DNA of 58,744 bases, counting the filler, from Bipalium vagum (lineage: Eukaryota): NCBI GenBank assembly GCA_037834085.1. It is 3 parts of 3 records of this genome, joined end to end, with 100 filler letters (N's around TTAATTAATTAA, not from the genome) between each part and the next. Parts side by side here need not be neighbours in the genome. Positions count along the whole stretch, not along the records: positions 33,091 to 58,744 come from JBBMKC010186517.1; 2 more parts are not named here. One strand, written 5' to 3'. The position numbers and the translations under genes were made by a program. This document shows, one piece after another, positions 50,642 to 58,744 of the stretch. A model generated the notes under the pieces. That model was not told the origin of the DNA, made no database searches, and worked only from the letters and a program-made list of their open reading frames with translations. Every line of letters begins with the position of its first letter. Position 1 is the first letter of the stretch.

Positions 50642-53416
50642 TAATTGTAAGTAGTTGAATTTTTTATCAAAATTTAAAAAATATAATTATACAACAATAG
50701 AAAAAAAATTACATGTTGAACTCACTTTTATTAATTGAATATTTCATAATTTTAATAAAATTTTAGAATTTTTCACCAAAAAAAAATTCACACAACACAA
50801 TCATAAAACCACAATCAAATCCGAAACATTTAATATCGGAAAATATAATGAAGTTAAGCAAATGGTAACGCTATTTATATTTGTTTACGAAATTAGGTCA
50901 ATATATAGTTTTTTATTGTGATGTGATTTTATGATTTTATATTCATTTTATACAGTAATTTTTGACTATTGTGGTTTACAAATAAATGATATAAATGATT
51001 TTGATTATTTACACAATAATTGCTATATTTTTATGTTCATGTCGACCTAATTATTATGTATATTTTTAATTTCTTCGTGTTAGAAAGCCATCTAGATTTA
51101 ATTTATTTAATGTTAGTATTTTCGTAATTATGAAATCTAGGTAATTATTTTTATTTTAATTTACTCCAATTTTAATATTTTATACATATCAATAAAGTTG
51201 ATTAAAATAATAAAAATATTAATCGGAAGTTTAATGTTAATAAAAATTTAATAAGTAAAAAGTTTTGTAAGGAATCTTTCATTTCTGTATAAATGATAAT
51301 CATTAGCATAGATCCATTTTGATCATGTTTAAAATATTTAAAATAGTAAAGGAAAGGGTGGTCATTTAAGAGAGGAAATTATACTAAGAATATAATTTTT
51401 AGATTATTGTAATTTTTTTCTTAATATTATGAAATTAAACTGCGAATAAATAGGAAATAAAAAATTAATTTTTTAATGTAATTTTTAATTTTTATCTTCA
51501 CTATTGTCAAAATAAAGGTTTTTATAAAATCGTTTTTATAACAATTTCCAGGCAATTAAATGTTTCATTGAAGTTTTGAAAATGTTTGTAATTATCAGTT
51601 TTCGTATTTTTTAATTTTGAACATTTTAAACAAAAATAAACTGATATTATTTTATTGAAATATTTGTTTAGTTTTTATCGGTTTTTTGACAATTGACAAT
51701 TACAATTTATAAGTTTTAAGTTCAGACTTTATTTTTATGGAAAACGTTTACAACCTTAAGTAAACATCATCTTCATATTTGCCAATATTCTAATTGTTAA
51801 TTGCTAAAGAAATCTTTTGAATGTTTACTATTTTCAATGTGAACCTTGCATATTTATTAATAATTTTATATATTTATAATTTAATTATTATATATCCAAT
51901 AAACATTTTATGCAATTTCATTAAAAATTTCCAGGATTATAAATAAACCATTTCAAAAGATCAAATCTTGAACACGAATATGTGAAAAACAATTTTATTT
52001 TTTAATATTGACAGATAATGCTATTATTACTTAAAAGTTGAATTTTTGTCTTTATCCCAGACTATAATTATTTCAGATGTCTTTTTGATGAACTTTTGTT
52101 GCAGCCTTATAATGGAAATATATTTATTAATGAGTTTTATATTTATTTTTTTATTTAATTATTAATTAATAATTTTAAATTTGGTTACTTAAAAATTGTT
52201 TTATACATTTTGATACAATGAAATCAAACCTAGTCTGATTTTTGTATCATTTAATTTTTAAAAAAAAGACCGAACCTCTTTCTTTGAATAATTTGAATAG
52301 AGTTTCAATTACTTAAAGTACGAAAAAATATTTTTAAAAAATATTACTCACGAAAACCCCTATCAAAAGTTGATGTCCAATAATGGCACTATTTGTCTGA
52401 GACTTCTACTGATGTCTTCCAAAATTCTCAAAAACGCATAACTTTACAACAATTAGGATTTTGTAATTATGTTTTCTAAGCAATTGGACTAAGAACATTT
52501 CAATTTGTACTTATAAGTTCTTGACAGCATTCTGCAAAGAAATTGTCCAAGGTCCGTAGCATTTGTTGATAACTTTTCGAAACAAATTGAGATTATCAAT
52601 TCAAAAATAATTTCAATAAAAATAAATATATTGATTTATTTCTTGTGTGTGTGTGTGTGTTGTAATTAAAAATGACACACATTTCCACACGACCGTATTT
52701 GTGTGAGTATATGTAATTAAGTATGCATGGACGTGTGTGTGCGTTTGGTGTATGTATGTATTCTGCTGTGGATTTATCAATAATCCTTTATAATTGCCTA
52801 TCCTTTTAGACACACTTCAAATATCATATAGAACAAAGGATTATAAATATTAAATTTCCATCGTTTATTATTAGAGAATCAAAATAATACTATTCATAAT
52901 AATACTATTATAATATTATATTATAATAATATTATATATGATCATATTATATATATAATTATATTTTTATATTATTATTATATTATTTAATGTTATATAA
53001 TAGATATAATACAATTATTATTAGAAAAGATATTATATAATTCTAATAGAAAAAAAAGAATATTTATAAAATCATTTTACATGTAAAAGCATACTATTAG
53101 ATTCATTTGCCATACAATGGGTTGTATAATAATATCACTATGACAAAGTCGCTGACGACATAGACCTAAGTCACACGAAGGAACGCTTAGTATGGAAATA
53201 ATGCGTTCAGATTGTAACAAAATCGATCTATTGATTTTATTATTTTATTATATATATATCGGAGAATTGAAACGTTTATGGAAATATGATAATATAAATT
53301 ATTATTATAAAGTAGTATTGGAATTTGTACCAACGGTGTTTTGTCAATTGAAAATTTTTGGGTTTTCCAGGACTTGTAAAAGTTTTCAATTAAGGCTTGC
53401 TTTAGTGACAGATATA

Positions 53417-53473
<57 letters not shown>

Positions 53474-53486
53474 TAATAATAATAAT
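53417..53486. repeat. (AAT)n microsatellite
   Basis: Direct observation; it produces the poly-N tail of spurious ORF 53192-53473. Confidence 0.95.
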
Positions 53487-54559
53487 TATTATATAATGAT
53501 GATAATAAGACGAATTGCTTTAGAAAGGAACCTCACAGACAATGGGTAGGTTATTCTTTTATTGACATTGTCTGGAGTTGTGGATTTAATTTGTTTTTCA
53601 AAATCACTTATAATTATTTGACTTAGAAAATAAAGTATTTCGTTCAAAGTGTAAAGTTTATTGGCTTGAGAGTGCCATCTGGAAAATACAATTTGTACTC
53701 TTTGTAAGTTATTTATACATGAAGTATTTTTCGTATAATGAAAGAATCATTAAAGTAACTGATTGTATGCTTAAATATTTGATGTAGAACTTCTAAAAAG
53801 CAGTTAACCATTTATTTTTATTATTATTATTATTATAAACTGGGTCATTTTATGAAGTCTTATGAAAACCAATAATTCGATTTCAAAGCTTTTCTGTCTT
53901 AAAAATGGTACTGCTTTCGAAGACTTAGAAAGAAAAAGTATTATATATTTAAAGATAAATTTTTTTTAATTAAAAAATATAAAGAGAAGTAACTTATTTC
54001 GGAAAATTTTCAAAAACTGAAACTATTTAATATAAGAAATGAAAAGAAAGACCTCTATGTCATATTCATCTTTGATGTTCAGCACAGAAAAAGAATACAG
54101 ATTGGGATAGATGGCTCTAAAACTAACAATTCTCACATAGTGCAATCGAAACCAAGGGAGATGGGATTTCGACTCTCTCTTTTCAGAAAACATTTGGAAA
54201 AAAGTCAAATAAGAATAATAGTCAGAACTTGCAATGGCAAAAATAATAATAAAATGTACTGATAGTAACAAGAATAATGTAAAAAAATCGTTAAAAACAA
54301 ATAAATGTCTCAAAATTCCAATAAACAATAATTTAATTGATTAGAATAAAATTAATTGATTAATAAATTCAATTATCTGATTGTAATTGAAGTTCTACCA
54401 GTTTTCACAAATAAAATAAAACTAAATTCTTTGGCTGGTAATGCAAATGTGTTTATGTTCATATTTATTATTATCAATAAAATCAATCCATTTCCAACCT
54501 GAGTTTTTGATAACATTAATTTTGGTTATCATTGAAAAATGGTTATAAAGTTAGATATT

Positions 54560-55330
54560 TTTCCTTTGGATCATTATTTGGTCATTTAAGCACATGCTGG
54601 TAGATGGAAAGACCTTCAGAAAATGTATCAATTCCAAGCTAAAGGATTAATCAGTCTTGCAATGCGTGATTTGATATTGTCTTGTATAGAATTAGTTTTC
54701 TATTTGTCAATGAACTCCTTCCGTTGCGAAAATTTCGTTGAAAATATCGTTGGTGGTAATAGTAAACATAAGTGGTTATAGTTTGATGGCTATCTGACTA
54801 TTTATAATGAAAAATTCCATCAATACACAAAAAATATTTCTTTGGAGACTCACGGTTGAAGGCCACGATTCTTAAATAAACCTTCGATTAAATCTAAGCT
54901 ACGATTTGCACTTAGCATTCTCACAGAGAAATGGTTTTGTCTGGAAAACTGTGACATCAAACAATTTTAAAAATGGTTTTATCATGACCATCTTCTGAAT
55001 ATCGTTTCGTGGACTACATTATTTTCATATTAAGTATTAATGATGTAGTATGATCTTTTTTGGTGGATGTAACTCAACTTTTTCCAGACCACTGTTATTA
55101 TATGACACAATTCTCATAATGGTCATCCTGGATCTCGTTTCTCTAACAAATACGTTTTTAGTCTATTCAAAATCTATAGATTTCCATATTTGTTTTTTAA
55201 GACATGGAAAAGAACCAACAAAAAGAAAATATTCCTTTATTTCATGAAAATTTTCATCGTAGTTTAACATCGTTGTTTTAGGGAAACTTATTAACTTACA
55301 TTCCCCCCTGTTCTTCAGAATGTATATAAT
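54560..55330 (-). mobile_element. Possible MULE transposase remnant
   Basis: Degraded minus-strand EIFF/IDGIFHYK..SHQT reading resembles the first catalytic Asp region (+DGT) of MULE; many stops. Confidence 0.35.
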
Positions 55331-55639
55331 TAATCGGTGTTTTAAATAATGATAATAAATAATCACCAAAATAGTTTATCAAACGACATTATTTCAAATC
55401 CAGAATATATTAATTATTTCTAATTTTAAGTATTTTTAGAATTAGAAAACGCCAGAATCTTTTTCGTACCAAAGATTTACAGGAGTAAAATCATGTAATG
55501 TCAATAATTGTTTTACTTTTGAAGGTTTCGGATTCGGAAAAAGTAGATTTACTTAGATTAACAAAGATATTTTACCATATTTAAATGGAAAATTATGATC
55601 TTTTGTTAAGTTGATTTTTATATAATTTTGGAGACTCGC

Positions 55640-55960
55640 AGACCTATGTGCCGGTTCCTCAATCCGGTACTAGATCTGGACTGAATGCAGGATGTGGTAA
55701 AATTTCAATTCCTTCCAATTGGGTAATTTTATTTTGCGTTACTCTGGCAGTATGCGGACGAGTATTATCCTGTTGCAGAAGCACCCGCTTTCTGTTGACT
55801 AAAGCAGGATATTTTATGTCTAATTTTTGGTACATCAGATCGAGTTGAGCAGAATATAACTCAGCAGTAATGGTTTGGCCATCTGGAAGTACTTCCACCA
55901 CATCCACAACATGATCTTTTTTGGAACAGCCTTGGGCTTTTCGCTACAGCTACTCCAACA
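55640..55960 (-). mobile_element. Mariner catalytic-domain fragment
   Basis: EVLPDGQTITAELYSAQLDLMYQKL...RKRVLLQQDNTRPHTARVTQNKITQLEGIEILPHPAFSPDLVP. Confidence 0.85.
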
Positions 55961-57119
55961 CTTTAGGATCAATTAATTTTTTTGTTTTTGACTGATTTCT
56001 CAGTATCTTTTTTTTGCGTTCTTCACGTCAAGTAGAAACTGTGGGCTCTTGAAAGGATGATACCGAAGGGTGATCTGACTTAGAAATCTTTACATTTTGA
56101 GTTTTAACTTAAAATTATTTTGTAACAATAATAATAAATTTGTTAGATTTAATTAAAAAATATAATTTAGTGAAAAAATTTCTTATCTCAGTTTATCGCT
56201 GTTACATTTAAAATTTCATTTTGCAATCGATTTTTATTAAATTTGTCACTTGAAGTTTAACTCCGTTCGTATGCGCACTAAAACCTTCTGAATTATAAAC
56301 AGTTTATGCTAAGTTACAGTTCACAAAGTTATTCATTTTGAAATCCACCTTTTTAGCAAACTTAACATAACTTTCTTTTGTGTTACACTTATTGATAACA
56401 TGTGATTATTGCTAGTTCAAAATTTATCAAGTTAACGTTTTAAAAGTCCTTTGTGTAATAATCTTTTTTATCAATTAAAACCTGAGATTTTGATTGGATT
56501 AATTTTTCTGTTTCTCTTATCAATTATAAACATTAATTTTAATATTTCCTTAAATTTTTTAATAATTAAATAAATTCAACGTATTGTTTAATATCATATA
56601 AGTATAAGGTCATCTGAAAAATTCAATGTATTTTGATCGAGGAAATCTAAGAAAAAATTTGACTCTCAAAGATGACGAAGGTTGTGTGAAATAAATATTA
56701 TTATAAAATCAACGAGATACTTGAAACTTCAACAGCAATAGGTATCATTGGTAAATAAAAAAGAGCCAAATCCTCTCCCTGATAAAATCAAATAATAATC
56801 TAAAATAATTTCTTGAATCTATTGAACTTTTTTATTATTAAAGATTTTTATTATTATTCTTTTAAATAATTATTTGTATCTAATTATCAAAAATCTTTAA
56901 AATATTTGTTTTATTTATTAAATGTATTTGAAATAAATGTCTGGTTGTATTTAATTTTTATTTATTAAATGCCGTTATAAAAAATCTTTGAATCTTTTTA
57001 TTATTGTGTTTCTTAAAAATTAGCTATTTGAATGTTTTTTATAAAATGTTTTTAAAAATTATTTTTCAAATTTTTAATTAAAATCTCAATTATTTTCATA
57101 AATTAAAAATTTTAAAAGT

Positions 57120-57400
57120 TTTGTGTCCAAGAATTTGTTACTCTGTTCAGCAAGTGTCAGGATTTGTGGACCACTCTCATGGGAGAAGAGAATTACCGGT
57201 ATAGTATTGTAGATTCTATGGAGCGAAGGCTTTCCGCAATAATCGATGGAGCTGGAGGATATATCAAATATTGTTTTCTGTATATAAATATAATATGAAT
57301 GTTGTAAATTTTTTACTGGACAATTTAATGTATCAAACTTTATATATATGTTAAGTTCCTGATAAAATCAAAGGTGTTGAGCTAAAATGATTGGGCGTTA
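57120..57400 (+). mobile_element. Tc1-like C-terminal scrap
   Basis: SIVDSMERRLSAIIDGAGGYIKY. Confidence 0.65.
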
Positions 57401-58080
57401 ACGCCATAGGTTTCTTTAAAATCACTAAAATAACAAAATTGATTTTCAAATATATATTTTTATTTAAAATAGGGATTACTACAATAAAGCTTTTTAATTT
57501 CATCTTCATGTTTTTTATTAATTTATGAATATTTCACAAAAAATATTTTAAAATCCATTTTTTATAATCTATTAATCCAATTTATCACTTTTTGGGTGAT
57601 TCAAGAAGAATTTTTTGATACATCATTAGGATTATATTGTAAAATTTATTTTTCAATTTTATCTATTTTAGATAATTTTTTATTTTTCCTTTTCAAAAGA
57701 TTAAGTGGATTTTGAAAATTAAATAAATGAGGATTATTTTTTCTACCTAATATTCTATTTACACAATTATAATTTTTTCTAACTTATTTCTTCTAACTTA
57801 TTTTTCTAACTTATGATTCTTTTTTAACTTGTTTTATATTAGATGATATCCACATAAAACCTTGATTCCCATATTTTAAATTTACAACTTCATTATCATT
57901 TTTTGGATTAGCTACATCAAAAGAGATGAGTAAAGATAAAATAGAAAATTAAATAAGTGAAATTCATTACATTTTTATATGTTAAAAAATAAAACACCAA
58001 GACAAATAAATAAAGTCGTAATTTAAACGGAAATTATATTTACTTTGACACTGTTTAGTGTCAAGTAGAAAAAATTACTT

Positions 58081-58473
58081 TTAATAATAGGTTTGAATGA
58101 ATTGTCCAAAAGCCACTGGATTGCTATACAAATACAGAAATCGAAGATTGTCTATCGGAATTGGAAAGAACTGCAGAAACCTTTTGGGAGTGCCGGGCCA
58201 CGTGTGAATGTAAACCAGTCTAACTGGTCCTATGTATTGGTTCGGAGGTCGAAGAATTGGTAGTATGGGTGGTCGAGTGGTCTTTGGTCTGAAACGGTTG
58301 CTGGGTGATGACGGATACACTCGAATATGTGGGAATGATTCTATTTTGAAAGTGGATGACAGAATTGTTGAAGTTGAAACTTTGGTTGTCTTTGGATGAC
58401 TGCCGAAATTTTTGACAAATTTTTTGTGTTTTGCTCGCTTTGGGCTGTTGTTTAAATAGTAGTTGGATAGTAA
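58081..58473 (-). CDS. Possible terminal exon of an orphan Pro/Ser/Thr/basic-rich protein
   Basis: A 131-codon stop-free frame (LNNSPKRAKHKKFVKNFGSHPKTTKVSTSTILSS...RPKTTRPPILPILRPPNQ...GQFIQTYY*) in a segment markedly richer in GC than its flanks. Candidate acceptor CAG at 58445-58447; no in-frame ATG. Confidence 0.35.
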   Translation of the reverse strand, partial: LLSNYYLNNSPKRAKHKKFVKNFGSHPKTTKVSTSTILSSTFKIESFPHIRVYPSSPSNRFRPKTTRPPILPILRPPNQYIGPVRLVYIHTWPGTPKRFLQFFPIPIDNLRFLYLYSNPVAFGQFIQTYY

Positions 58474-58494
58474 TTATAATGGAATAGGCTTGTA

Positions 58495-58697
58495 ATAATT
58501 GCTTTGGACAATAATTTTCGTTGAGGATAATTGCTTTAGACAATAATTTTCGTTGAGGGTAATTACTTTAGACACCAATTTTCGTTGAAGATAATTGCTT
58601 TAGACAATAATTTTCGTTGAGGGAAATTGCTTTAGACACCAATTTTCGTTGAAGATAATTGCTTTAAACAATAATTTTCGTTGAGGATAATTGCTTT
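58495..58697. repeat. 32-bp minisatellite, ~6.3 copies, with A/B higher-order alternation
   Basis: Unit ATAATTGCTTTAGACAATAATTTTCGTTGAGG; variant units containing ...GACACCAATT...GAAG at 58559 and 58623. No spacers. Confidence 0.95.
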
Positions 58698-58744
58698 GAA
58701 TATGATAATTGCTGTGTGATAAATTTTTATCTTTTATTTTCGTC

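Noticed and set aside
53145-53190. CTGACGA...CGAAG as a second hammerhead
   Set aside because: No GAAA box with a closed stem II and no PLE context.
58495-58697. 32-bp repeats as a CRISPR array
   Set aside because: Units are head-to-tail with no unique spacers, there are no cas genes, and the context is eukaryotic.

Overview
Very AT-rich eukaryotic (animal) genomic DNA with GT-AG spliceosomal introns and the standard code. An invertebrate such as a triclad flatworm is my guess, not a demonstrated result. Four host genes could be reconstructed by hand. (1-2) A tandem pair of classical short-chain dehydrogenase/reductase (SDR) genes on +: copy A has only its last three exons in the window (1177-4156), and copy B is complete, 6 exons, 257 aa (7893-13924). 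(3) A multi-exon minus-strand gene for an extracellular protein with EGF/EB-like Cys-rich modules followed by a ZP-N (zona pellucida) domain (at least 5 exons, 18494-29733, both ends unresolved). (4) A divergent, essentially single-exon Bin3/MePCE-family RNA methylphosphate-capping methyltransferase (49367-50641, minus). A possible orphan Pro-rich terminal exon lies at 58081-58473. Most of the rest is a graveyard of decayed mobile DNA: many Tc1/mariner lineages, a Tc2/pogo-type MITE, Merlin, probable MULE and piggyBac scraps, a Gypsy gag-protease remnant, a Penelope-like GIY-YIG fragment with a hammerhead ribozyme core, and a probable Maverick/Polinton remnant. Two 100-bp N44-TTAATTAATTAA-N44 blocks are artificial scaffold linkers. 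I see no CRISPR, rRNA or tRNA, and cannot support a clear-cut novel multi-gene system. The best leads are the patchwork divergence between the SDR paralogs, the motif-altered MePCE paralog, the Penelope hammerhead and the Maverick-like remnant.
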